In this document: positions 29,768 through 42,663 of the stretch, in pieces
How positions within the stretch are numbered: position 1 is the stretch's first letter
Layout: every line of letters begins with the position of its first letter
Assembly (NCBI GenBank): GCA_039621445.1
Contig: CP154954.1
Coordinates: forward strand, 28,923,837-28,987,836
DNA from: Euglena gracilis
Lineage: Eukaryota
Length of the DNA stretch: 64,000 bases
Direction of reading: 5' to 3'
The notes under the pieces: generated by a model
The model's input: the letters and a program-made list of their open reading frames with translations, nothing else
What the model was told of the DNA's origin: nothing
Database searches by the model: none
Program-made: the position numbers and the translations under genes

Positions 29768-32700
29768 CCGAGGAGGCTCCAAGGTAACCAGCCTTCGAGG
29801 CTCAAGGTAACCAGCCTCCGCGGAGCCTCTGCAGAGCCTCCGCGGAGGCTAAGGTAACCAGCTTTGCCAGAACATGTTGTGAACTTGGAAATGAACGGAA
29901 ATTTGTTCTTTTGAGTTATAAAGAGAACCATTATTCAATGTCAAACACGGCGACTTCACTCAGTGTCAGATCATCCGCTTCCGAACCAGTGAGAACCTGT
30001 CCGTTTTCTGCCCATTTGCACAGAGGATACAAAAAAAATCACGGACTTTGGGAGGCAACATACAGTTTAAAACGAAACTGAAAATTAATTTATTCAGCCA
30101 GAATTGCACCAAAATTATCCAGAGCCCGCTGAGATTTGTCTCAACTTTTGATCCCGGATTGTACTGCATCTTCTACCAGGTGAACCAACAGTCACATGAG
30201 GGGGAGGTGGTAGGCAAACTGCACAGATGTCATGTTGTCAGCATGGATGTCATGTTGCAAAAAAAAGGTGACGTGAAATACAAAGTGGCGCCCATTTGGC
30301 TGTGCCTGTGGGGAGGGGGGCTGGGGGGGGGGGGGGGGGGGGGGGAGGGGAACGGGCGGGGGGGAGGGGGGGGCCTGCGGCTCCCCCCCCCCCCCCCCCC
30401 CCCCCCCCCGGCCCCCCCTCCCCCCACCCCCCTCCCCTTTCCCCCCTACCCCTACCCCCTCCCCCGCTCCCCAATAACAATGTCCTTTTGTGACAAAATT
30501 TGGTGGACATGGCGTAAATAGCAATCAGGTAAACGATAAAGGCAAAATCAGGTGGACATGTCATTTTTGTGGCAAATTGATAAATGATTTCGAACAAGTT
30601 TGGCAGACATGGTGTAAATGGCAAACGGGTGAACGGTCTGTGCCACATCAGGCAGACATGTTGTTTTTGTGGCAAATGGGGGGGTATGGGGTCGTGTGAG
30701 AGGGAAAAAAGTTTTGTTTTTTGTGGGAATGTGGGCGGTGTTGGAGTCTAAACAAAATTTAAAATTTTTCAGGGATATGTGGAAAAACGGGAAAAAAATG
30801 TTTGTGGAGTTGGGGGTGAAAAAAATAGAATATAATTCCTCTTCCTCTGGGCATTAATGTGGGGGCAGTGGGGAGAGGTTGGCGTCAACCCGTAAAATAT
30901 TTTTCTTTTTTCAGACGTGGCCCACGTACAAAATTGGTTGCCTCCGCGGAGGCTCCAAGGGAACCAGCCTCCGCGGAGGCTCCAAGGTAACCAGCCTCCG
31001 CAGAGGCCAAGGTTTCCAAAAGGTAGGATTCCACATTTGCTTGGAAATGGGGTGGATTTCCTGATTTCTTCAGACCAGGTTTTTTCAAAGGAGAATCATT
31101 TGCTGTTCACCTTTTGATTTATTTTTATGCACTGCAGTGCAAAAATTTTGGTTGGCTTTAAATTTGTCTTCCTAGCAAACCACATGGCAGGTGTTTTGGT
31201 GCTAAGCAATGCCACATTTTCTTCGTCTTGGTTGTTGCATGTCTTGTGAGTGTTTGTCTTGTGAGTCTTTGTTTGCGCTTTTCTTTTTCCCCATGGATGC
31301 CTCAATGAAACCATGTCTTTCGTATTTCGCCGATTTTTGTCAATTTGCTTTTGTTGACGGATCACGTGCCAATTCGGTGACAATTTTGTTTACAGATGTT
31401 TTTTTCTTTGTCCCCTTTGCCCAGTATCGGACCAAGGCAGAAACAGCACCCTCACCAATGTTGATTTGTGGACCGTCAAGAAATTTGGATAGAGGTAGAG
31501 TTCGAGGTCAAAACCTCTACCTCTATCTGACCCACCTCAACCTCTATGTCACCCCTATGTCTATAAAATGTCATAAAATCTCACAAAAAAGAGCCATAAA
31601 AACCCCCAAAATGCCTCAAATGTGGCAAATTTGCATCAAAACACATCCAACTGGGTTCGGAATGAGAATGAGAAATATTATCCAGGTGGGTGGTTTTGAA
31701 AGTTGTCATCAGAGATATAGAGATATGTGACAAAAATGGCCAATTTCTGAAATTTATCACTGATGTCAAAATTCCAAAATTCCCTGAAAAGTGTGCAAAA
31801 TGAGCAAACATAGAACCGAAAGCACATTCCGGACATGTGGAATCCAGGTCAAGTGCGTCGCATAGTGCGTCGCTTTGTGAACTTTTTGAAATAATAAATA
31901 TTTTTAAATGGCTCCCAACCAATCCAAAATCACCACAAACGACCAGTCAAAATGAGCGAAAATAATCACGAAGATAAAGAGTGGCGTAAAACGATCCAAA
32001 ATAGTCGAAATGACCCAAAAGAAATTATAGCCAACAACGGCTACAAAAAAAGACAAAATGGTATAAAATGACCTGAAATATTATGCACTTGCTCATTTGA
32101 CCAAACAAATCCCAAAAGCAACAAATTAGCTCAATTTTGACCCAAGTTTGTCAAAGTGCCCCCAAATTCACAAAAAAACAAATCCAAATTGCCAAAATGC
32201 CGACCAACCAAACCGGATCCTATAAGCCCCTCCCCCTGGGGAGAGAGAAATGGAAACCGCCAGGGACGATTTTTCCGGCCCCAAACCAACCAAAAACTGA
32301 TTTTTTGGCAAACTTTTAAGACCGACCATCATCAAAAATGCCATTTTTGACCAAATTTGTCGAAAATTGCCAATTTGGGGGTGTTTCGGGGTCATTTTGG
32401 GGGTCGGATTTTCACCCAACAATTCCGGATCCTATAAAACCCCCACTTGTAAACCCCCCCCCCCTTAGGCCGACCAACCAAACCGGATCCATTAAACCCC
32501 GGGGGGGTTATAAGTGGGGGGGGTTTAATGGTGTGGGGTCAGACCCCCCTACAACCTCAAACCAAAGGTCTTCCCAGAGATCTCTGTGGGTGGCTGTGAC
32601 AGGGGTTTGTTTGGCTCTGACAGAAACATAGCCGGCAGGGGGGAGGTATTTGGGGGGATTTCCACTAATTGTTAACATAAAGCCTTGCGAGATGCACTCC

Positions 32701-33298
32701 AGTTCAATATAGAACAATTCCACCAGCAGGGGGTTCGGGCCCGCTGTCGCACCTGGAGTTACACTTGCTAACTGCAATTCAGCCCTCCTCTCAGGGAGTT
32801 TCTGGGGGTCCAGGCATCTTTTTTAGCTGTTTTTCTGGCTGGTTCAGGTCAGGCTGCAGCTCCCCCCAGGTCAAGTGGAACGTTTTTGCAGCCCAGCAAA
32901 ACCGGGCTGGATTGAAAATTTCAGCAAAGCGTCGAAAATTGAAAATGAAAAAAAAAGGGTTTAAAAAGCCACATGTGGCCTTTGTCTGAGCAACTTTTTA
33001 GCTGAAAAAAAAACTGGATTTGGGGCCTTCTTGCCTGTTTTCGGGTGCCAGCCAGGTCCAGCCCGGCAGTAGGACCCACCTTGTTTTTAAAGTCCCAGGG
33101 GGAGGGGGTCCCACCCACCCGGCCCAGCGAGGGACCCTCCCCTGTATCTGAGGGCAGGGAAAGAACGGAACATGGACCCTCAAAAAAAAGAGCACAAAAA
33201 AAGCGAAAAAACAAACAATAAAAGACAAATAAACACAGAAAAAAAACACAAAAAGTGCAAAAAAGCAAATTTGCATGTTAAATCCTTTAAGAGCTCCC

Positions 33299-33588
33299 CA
33301 GGGGTTTTTTAAGACGGGGGGGAGGGGGTCGGCACCCACCCACCCACCACCCACCCACCCCCTGGGGTGGGGCCCCCCCGGGGGAGGGGGTGGGGCCCAC
33401 CCACTTTTGCCCAAAAATGGCCAAAAAGCACTAAAAAGGCACCTTTTTCAAAATTTTCGGCACCTTTGGCGCCAAAAAAGATGTCCCCACCAGCCCAACC
33501 CCCCCCCCCGGAGGGGAGGGGGTCCAAGGGACCCACCCACCCTACCCCCCCCCGGGGGAGGGGGTCCAAGACTTAAAAAAAATCCCTG
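33299..33588. mobile_element. hAT-like MITE
   Basis: TIR CAGGGGTTTTTTAAG / CTTAAAAAAAATCCCTG with perfect 8-bp TSD GAGCTCCC. Confidence 0.88.
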
Positions 33589-36342
33589 GAGCTCCCCCAG
33601 GTGTACACTTTTCCACAGGGGAGGACTTAAAAAAATATTTGGCTCTGCCAGGGAGTATTACTTTCATTTTGCATAAAAACAAGCATTTTTTGTTGACCAA
33701 GAAATGCAAAAATGACAAAAAATTGACAAAAATTTTAGTCTAGGGGGAAAATCAGGGCCAAAATCAAAAACTTTCCAGCAAGAATCCAAAATCGCCGGAA
33801 AAAAACACAAAAAAAATGCAAAAAAGCACAATTTTTTCCAAAACCAAAAAAAACACAAAAAAACACACAAAAAAAAGGTTTGCGTTCCTCCCCCCCCCCG
33901 AAAAGGTTGGACCCCCCCACACCCATTCGGCCCAGAGCGTGACCCCCCAAGACCTCCCAACCAACTGCCTAAGGCCATTTCCCAAAAATTTTCTTGTACT
34001 TCATGCCAAAACTCATACCCGGACCTCCAGTCCTGGTGGGGTCCCCAGGGCTGTACGGGAAGGCCTGGAGGGGGGGGGGGCGACCCCCCCATCCACCACA
34101 GCACCTGCACAAAGAAAAATTCTTGGTGCCAAACCTGAAAATGGCCCGGAAAAAATTGGCAGGATTTTTTATGTGAAAACATCCAGTTATGGCAAGATTT
34201 CTTCCATGGCAACCAAAAAATGGGGGGAAAATGGGAAAAAATTGGCAGGATCAATTTTTTCGACCTCCAATTTTTTCCCCCGCGGTACATGATTTTTTGA
34301 TGGAAAACCACATTTTTTCACAAAACAATCTCAAAGATTTCAGGGTTAAAAATTGGTAGTTTTTAGGAGGGGATGAAAAAAACGAAGGTCAAAAAAAAGT
34401 GGACCAAAGTTTGGCACAGTCGAAATTTTACTGACATTTTTTCTTTTGGAGAAATTTTTTGGGTTTTCAATGGCTTTTTTTTTGCTTCAAAAAACTCTCA
34501 AAACTAAATTTTTGAGAAAATGTTGAATTTTTGGAAAGTGTGAAAAAATGGGGTTTTGAGGGGTTTTTGGGGGGACCTCCCATATGGGTCCCAAAATGGG
34601 TCAAAAAAACACCCGGCGCCTTCAGAAAATTTTTTCGGTCCAATTTTTCGGGTTTCTGTGTATTGGGGGGGGGGCGGTCCTTAAGGGGCGGTCCTTAACT
34701 AAAAAAAAAAATCCCGTCCCTTATGGACCGCCCTGGGAGGGGGGAGTGGTCCGACCCCTCCCACCCAGGATGGGGGTGAGGGGGGTCAATTGCCCCCCAC
34801 CCCCCACCCACAGGGTTGCGGGGATTCCCGTACAGCCCTGCAGGTCCCGGGCCAGGAGGGGGGGGGGGGGGGGGGGGAGTCGGCAGAGTTAAAAAAAAAC
34901 CAGGTCCAGCCAGCATCTCTTCTCCAGCCAGCACATTTTTCCAGCCGGCCAGCTGTGCAAACATTTTTGGGGCGCCCCAGGGTGCAGTGCAGAAATTTTT
35001 GAGACCCTTGGGCAATTTTTTTTTCACGGCGCTGGGGAAAAAATTGACAAGTTGGGGCAAATATTTTTGCCAGCCATGGGCAAACATTTCGGACGCTTGG
35101 TGCAACGCCGCCTAAGAGAATCCCAGGGGGGGGGGGTCTTGTTCCGAAAAAAATTGCACTCCATCATTTTATTTTGGCTCAATGAAAAAAAAATCTTCTC
35201 AATGGAAAAAGATCCACGCCAATTGAAGTTTCAAAGGGCAACTGTGCAAAACAGCCAATCCAAATGCAAAAATTTTCGGAACGGAGGCAATATTTTTGGG
35301 ATATGGTGCAAAGTTTTTTAGGTCAATTGGTGGCATGTGCAAACACTTTTGAGATAAAATGCAAAAAAAAATATCAGAAGTGCAAAAATTACTGTGTGAA
35401 GTGCAAAAAAATGCATTGGGTGTAACTTACATCACGGGTTTTTGGTGCTTTTTTCCGTGGTGAATAATTTAAAAAAAATGGCTGTGTTGAAACCTGAGCC
35501 CTCTGATTAAGAGAGTGCAACCTGAAAAATAAGGCTCGACCCCCCTGTTCTTCTGTTTTATCCATCTGGGTCATTCAACTCCGGGCAGTCCACCAGTCTG
35601 GTTTTGGATGTTAAAAAATTGTTTTTTGCGAGTCCAAACAGGGCTGGATAGATGCTAGAGGTGGAGGTAGAGGTGGAGGTTGAGGTTTTCCAACTTCCTC
35701 TATCGCTCTATGTCACCTCTATGTCAAAAACTTTAAGCACAGAAAAAAGGATTTTTTCCCACAATATCACAAAGTCAAAAAGAAAGAAATTTAAAAAGAT
35801 GAACATTTTTGTTTTCTATCATCATCGTTTTTTTGTTCCAAACATATTTTAAAGAATATTTTGAATTCTTCAACATTTTCCTATTTCTTAACATATTTTT
35901 GTTTTTCAACTTATTTCGAAAAGCCACAATCAACAAAAGAAGTGGGAAACAATCTGTTCATATGTGGCCTGTGTGACCTCACATGCAATACCACACGTGA
36001 CCAGTTTTTTTAGATCCTATTACTCTCAAATAGTTCAGGATTTTTTTGTGAATTTGATTCCTAATTTTGGTGCTGACTCCTAATACACCCCCCACTATTC
36101 CCATACCCTGACCACGGACAGGCCATTTTGGCCTATTTGCAGAAAATGGTGAATTTGAAACATTTGCTCAAAAAGATATTTTCCAAAATGTCCGAAAAAA
36201 CGTCGATTTTGACTTCTTTCACATTCTTCACAAAAAAAAAGTGTTCTGTCTGGGCGTTGGGCATTAGGGATGGCACTTTTTGAGAATCTCCTCCTTTTCC
36301 CTTTTGAGAAAGATGAAAGTTTGAAGTCTTTTCTGAATAAAT

Positions 36343-36822
36343 CAGGGAATTTCTTAAGGAACCCCCGGGGGTCCAGCCTCCGGCTGGCAAAAAGGCTGCT
36401 GGCTGGAAATGAGCTGCTGGCTGGACCCCACCCCACCGGGGGGGATAGGGGGGTCCGGGGCTGGAGCGGGCTGGGCTGGGCTGGGTCGATGAAAAACAAA
36501 ACTTCCCAAAACATTTTTGCCATTTTCGACATTTTGATGGATGGAGCTAGATCAAGGCTGGGGGGCTGTGATGGAGGAAGCTGTGATGAGGGGAAAAAAT
36601 GCAGGGATAGGTGAGCTGGGCAGCCCAGTTGGCTGGCCAGCCTGCCGCCAGCTGGCCGGCCTCCAGCCAGGCTGGACCCAACTTTATTTCACTCGACCCC
36701 CCCCCCCCGCTCCCAGCCCGAATTTGGGCTGCTGGCTGGATTTGAGCTGCTGGATTGCTGGACCCCCCCCCCGGGGGGGGGGGGGGGGGGGTAGGGTACC
36801 CTCCGGCTTAAGAAATACCCTG
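36343..36822. mobile_element. hAT-like MITE (family copy 2)
   Basis: Same sequence family as 29259-29767. TIR CAGGGAATTTCTTAAG / CTTAAGAAATACCCTG, degraded TSD GAATAAAT/GACTGAAT. Confidence 0.85.
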
Positions 36823-39800
36823 GACTGAATACAGCCAAAAATAAATTCCATCACTTCCATCAATTTTCAACTTCCATGAATTCTCTTGTGGAAAGCATTT
36901 GGGGACACAACCCTCAATGGTTGAAGACAGGAGACACAACCCTCAAGGGCTTCTTGCCTTTTTATATTTGTTTGAAAACATCATATTTTTTGAAAAAAGG
37001 TGTTTTTCAAGTATATTTTAAACGTGCTGCCACCTATGGTCCTACGTTGCATTCTTCTTTGCTGAGGTAAAACTGGCCAAAGAAAATTTTGTAGCAGGGA
37101 AAAACCAAGGGCCTTAAATGGCAAAAATGACCACACAAATTAACAGAACTCCAAACGGAGTTGGAGCTCCTAAAACATATTTTCAATTTTTTGCCAAATT
37201 TCACGATTCAAGAAGGGGGGTCAAAGACCGCAAAAAAATAAAAGGCAAAAAACCTGGGAGTAGGAAAGTGGCATTCACCCCCCTCAGGTTCCAAAAAAAA
37301 TGGCCAAAATGAGGCATTATTCCAGTGTTCGACGAAGGTGAACATTGAGACCCGTTTTCCAACACTGTGCTCTGAGGAGTAAGAATGCAACATTCTAATG
37401 GAGCCGAAAATTTCTCATGCAAAAATTCATGCTCACCCTCATAGCCGGGTCAAACTCCACCCTCATACATTTGTGAAATGAAACATATTTTTGACAGGCC
37501 AAAAACGTTCCAAAACGCAAAACTATGCACCGTGGTACATAGTTTTGCGGTGCATGCTGTATTTAAAAAAAATTGTCCACAATTCTCAAAATGATTTCCG
37601 ACTGCCACAGCAAGTCTTCGCAGTCATGTGATGGTGGGAGGATGCACGTGTCATGGGTCCATTACAAAAAATACATTTAAAAAAATTTTCGGGGGTTCTG
37701 CACCTGGTTCCAAAAACTTTTGCAGAAACAGAATGCACGGTGGGAGGGAAAATTGCGGAAAAATTGCGGAAAACCTATGCAAAAATTGAACAAATTACGG
37801 AAATTGCAGAAAAATTACGGAAATTGCGGCTTTTGGGAATGCACACTTTTGCTGGAGGGGACTTAGCAAAATTTCACAATTTATTTTGCAACATTGGTGT
37901 GCATCTTGAGCTGTTACTCACACCTTTTCCAACAAAAAGGTCCAAAAACATGCTTTTTGTAATTTTGGGAACATGCTGATTTAAGAGAAATGGAATTTGT
38001 TTGCTGAAAAAAACCAAAAATGACCAAAAGAATGATAAGTTGACGAAAAGTTTGGTTTCAGGTAAAATCTGGTCAAATTCCAGCGGAAATCAGGGAAACA
38101 CCTAAAAACCCCCAAGAAATGGCCAAATATTAAAATTTGGCAATTTTGCAATTTTGAATTAAATGTTAAAATTTGTAAAATTCAGCAAATTTTGGCAAAT
38201 TTGCAACAAAAATGACAAAAAAAACCTGGGTTCCCTTGTGAAATCTTCAAAAAATGGCCAAAACTCATTCGGCCTTCCATCTCAGGTTCAAGCAGAAAAA
38301 AAATGCGAAAATTGCAGAAAATTGTGGACATTGCGGAAAATTGCAGAAATTGCGGAAAAAAATGCAGATATCAATTTCTCCCTGAATGCACCGCCAAAAA
38401 AACAATGATGGAAATTGACGCCGCCTAAGATCCTTAAAATTTTCCTCCCGCCTATGGGGCACATCTTCTTTCACTGTTGTGTTACCTGATTAAAGAATTT
38501 TGACCCAATTTACAGCATCTGGACATTCGAATCATTGAATGAATGGCACAGCATGGGTTGCCCTGAAGGCATGCGTTTGAAAGAAAAGAAAAAAAAACTG
38601 AAAAAGGCTTCTGGGTCTTTCAATTTCTTGGGGGGAGAATAAATCCCACGGCTTTGAACAAAATCATGGCGAACTTACAAATGAAGCATCCCTTCCCAAA
38701 ATGTGTCCAAGGTGGGCAGCACAATGCAAATTTCCAACCTCAAAATGAATTTTCTAATTTGAGCTTGTTTGCAGCGTCTTGTGTATATCTCATCAAAAAA
38801 AAAGTAGAAGACAGGTGAGTCCCCGTGGAAGCTCCATTGATGGGCTGAACGCTAATGGGCAATCGAGCACATCAGGAGTCCTCCGCCTTGGTTTGCCTTG
38901 CAGTCACAGAACTGTGTTGATTGTGATGGGTGATATCCACCCATGCTTGGTCAGATTTTTCCTTGTTAAAATATCTCGAATTCCAGATTCTCAAATTTGT
39001 TGTCCTGGCAATTTGTGAAGGTCCTGTAGAGAACTTGAAACATTTTGAACTTTGCATCCGGCTGAAAAATGTGTTTTGGGAAAAAATAATCAATTCATTC
39101 TTGAAAAAAATCATTTTGGGGGATGCTTACAAGGCATTTGAAACTTAAATAGTTTTGGGGCTCCAGCTTGGAATTTCAAAAATCTGATACACACACAAAG
39201 TCATATTGGCTTCAATTAGGCAAGGAATTAGAGGACCTCGTAAGGACTTTTGCTCCAGTGTGTACCATGACCCCCCCCATAAATGACCGACCCCCTTTTG
39301 TCATGGCCAGGACCCCAGGACCCCAAAATCTTGACACCACCCCCCACCATTTTTGGGGGAAGTTTTGTGTGAAATTCGTGATCTACACCATTTTTTCCAT
39401 CAGGTCAAAAAATTTTCGGAAAATTCTCAAAAAAAATTAGGTGTTTTATGACCATTTTAACTTACGAAAAATTTTATCAATGTTCCTGCTGGACCTTCCA
39501 GCCAGACCCCGGAGCACTCAGGGGGGGGGGGGTCGTTTAGGGGGGGGGTGATGGTAATCACCGACCCCCTCGACTAGGATTTCCAACAGCCAAATTTGGA
39601 CTAGTCGCACCCCCTGGGGGGAATACCGCGAACCCTTAAGCAGAAGCTGATTCAAAGGGGAGGGGAGCGAATGCTGAAAACAAAACTATTTCTTTTTAAC
39701 ATTCCTTTGACTCAATCAACACCTTTCTGGAATTCAAGAATGAGCATTTTTCAGCAGCTGCCAAAGCAGCAGAGAAATCAGGCCGTGGCAAGTCCAGTAA

Positions 39801-41485
39801 TAATGCGGAGGGAAATAGTTTGGGGGGGTAGGAAAACCACCTCAACACATTTGAAGGGGCAAAAAGAGACGTTGTTGCCAAAAAAAGACATCCTGAACGG
39901 ATGAAAACACTTCCTCAAGCCGAAACGGGGGGAGGTGGCAAAATGGCATGGTAAGGTACTCAGTGGGGAGAGGTGCCGACCCCCCTTTAACCTTTTGAAT
40001 TTTTGTTCCATTGGGGTATCACTTGATTGGGTCTCATGCCAAACCCCAAAAGAATGTCATTGAGTGGAAGCTCATTTTCCCGGAGTTGGGTTGGAGGATG
40101 CTATTTTTTTTTGAATCCTTCTGTGCAAAAATCCTTTCCTTTCTTCAACAAAATACAAAAATCCCTCTGCAAAAAATCTCCACGTGACGGCCAGCAAAAA
40201 TGTATTCGGGGAGAGAGAGCTTGGACAAGGCTATCTCTTTTTGAGAAAGTCATAGTCAACGTCAACAAAAGGGCATAAAGGCATTATCATCAAATATTCT
40301 GTATGGACATGCCACGAATATGAGAGCAAGGGGGTAAAGAAAAAAGACGCGAATGACATCCAGGAAGGAAAAAAAGAATGAAGGCTAAAGCATACATGGT
40401 ATCCTAGAAGACAAAGAGTACGTTGGTGTTTTCCTCCGTTCATCGTAACCCCCAAGGACACCTGTGAACGGAATCTGAAACTAAAACCATATGCGGTTAT
40501 CTCTGTCATAAATATATGTTCGGTGCCGAGCATGCCGTGAACCTAATAGATGTGCCCGAACCCTCCCACTGCAGATCCGTGGATGAATTTGAGGCTTTTG
40601 TGCCCCTTGGGCGTCTCCATGGGAACCCTTGAACCCGAAAGTGTTCATTGGAGGCTAGGTAGTCCACTTTGGGACCCCGGAACCCCACCCCCTCCACCCC
40701 CCCTTGTTCAGTTCACTTTGGAAGTGAACAGGGGGGGGGTCCCGTGACCCCCCCCTCTGTGTTCCTGGCCATACTTGTTCGCTTCGGGAAAAAAACGAAA
40801 ACCGGAACGACGGGCGCACACCGATTAAGGCAATTTTTCAAATAAAAAAATCGGCACCTTCGACACTAGACCCCCCCCTCCGGGAAGTCAACATGTCCAA
40901 TTCAGTTCTGAAGTGAACGGGGGGGGGGGGTCCCAGCCCCCCTGCCCCCGTGTACCTGGGCTCCATTGGTGACCACCGTGGAAACTGTTCAAATAAGAAA
41001 CTGCATTCACTTCATTCTTTCATTCATCACTGATTTTCATTTTCATTCACTTTCATTCATTAACTCAATTTACCAACCCCATCCTTGGCCCATTGTAACA
41101 TCGACAACGCAGTTGGGGTTTCGGGATGGACTCTTTGATAATTTCAAGCACATTTGCAAAAAAGTGATTTTTGAAAACGGCCCAAAACGTCATTTTTTGA
41201 AACTTTTTGGGGGTTTCTTCATAAAAAGTGCTATGACAGGGGGTGTTCCCCCCGCGTCCTGCCGTCCCCCCCTGCGTCCCGGATTTTGGCACATTTGGAA
41301 CATCTTTTTTGTCAACCAAAGGAAAAATACACAAAATTTGAGTGACGTCAAAGAAAACATGTGGGGGGACAGTCCCCCCCCCCACGTCCCCCTGCGTCCC
41401 GAACCACCCCCTGGGCTATTCCCGTCCCCCCCCCCCAAGGGAATAGCTCAGGGGCAAGCACCTATGACAGATTCCAAATTTTAGC

Positions 41486-42663
41486 CCGCGGTCGGCTGCG
41501 GTCGGCCGCGGTCGGCCGCGGTCGGCTGCGGTCGGCTGCGGTCGGCTGCGGTCGGCTGCGGTCGGCAAAATAGTTGGCTGGAGGTGGGGGGCAGGCCAAC
41601 AAAAAATGAGCATATATCACAATCACACAATCCACTGTTGCCGACTTTTGGCCACTTTTCGCTGCTTTTGGCCAGTTTTTGATGCTTTTGGCCACTGTTG
41701 CTGACTTTTGGTCGATTTTTGCTGCCTTTGCCCATTATTTCCTGCCTTTTGCTTCCTTTTGGTCACTTTTGTTGCTTTTGCCCACTTTTTGCTGGGCTTT
41801 GGCTGCTTTTGGCCAGCTTTTGCTTTGCCTTGCCCTCTTTTGACCACTTTTGGCCTCTTTAACCCACTTTTGACCACTTTTCTCTGCTGTTGGCCATTTT
41901 TACCCACTTCTGGCCACTTTCAGGCCACTTTAAACATCTTTTTGTTGCTTTTGACATCAAGAGCTGTCAAACGTGACCTAAAAATGGCGTAAAAGTGCCA
42001 AAAAATTGGTTAAAATGGCCAAGCCAAAAGTTCCAAAAGCAGGCAAAAATAACAAAAAAAAAATGCCCAAAGTGGTCCAAAAAAATGCCAAAAATGGCCC
42101 AAAATGACCCTGCTTTTGGCCAATTTGGGTCACTTTAGCAGCTTTTGTTCACTTTTGGCAACAAACTGGCGCAAAATGCTCAAAATGGTCAAATTGGACC
42201 AAAAAGAGACCAAAAAATGGGCAAAAATAACAAAAGAAAAGGTCGAAAATGGATTTGAATGGTCAAAAATGGCCCAAAATGGCCCAAAATGGCCCAAGAG
42301 CAGGACAAAATGGCCCAAAATTACAAGAAGTAGGCAAAAAGTGGCCAAAAATTGTCAAAATAGGTCAAAATGTGTGAATTATGGTGCCAAATGGGCCAAA
42401 AGGGGACAAAAGCGATAAAAAATGGCCAAAAGTGGCCAAAAGTGGCCAAAAGTGACAACATGAGCCAGATGAGCCAGAAAAATCTCAACATCTGGGATAA
42501 AAATGAACCTAATTCCTCATTCTCACTGAAAAATTGACATCGATTAGAAAAAAGTTGCGCGGTCGGCTGCGGTCGGCTGCGGTCGGCACCCCACCTATGA
42601 CAGTCCTGAAACCCGTGGTCGGCCGCGGTCGGCTGCGGTCGGCTGCGGTCGGCTGCGGTCGGC
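41486..42663 (+). repeat. (GCGGTCGGCT)n 10-mer arrays flanking TTTTGGCCA-type low-complexity repeats
   Basis: Arrays at 41488-41566, 42558-42587 and 42614-42663. Confidence 0.85.

Noticed and set aside
27620-42663. Short regular repeats (AAAAAACTGC, GCGGTCGGCT, GTAACCAGCCTCCGCGGAG) as CRISPR arrays
   Set aside because: They are tandem units without unique spacers, there are no cas genes, and the context is eukaryotic transposon DNA.
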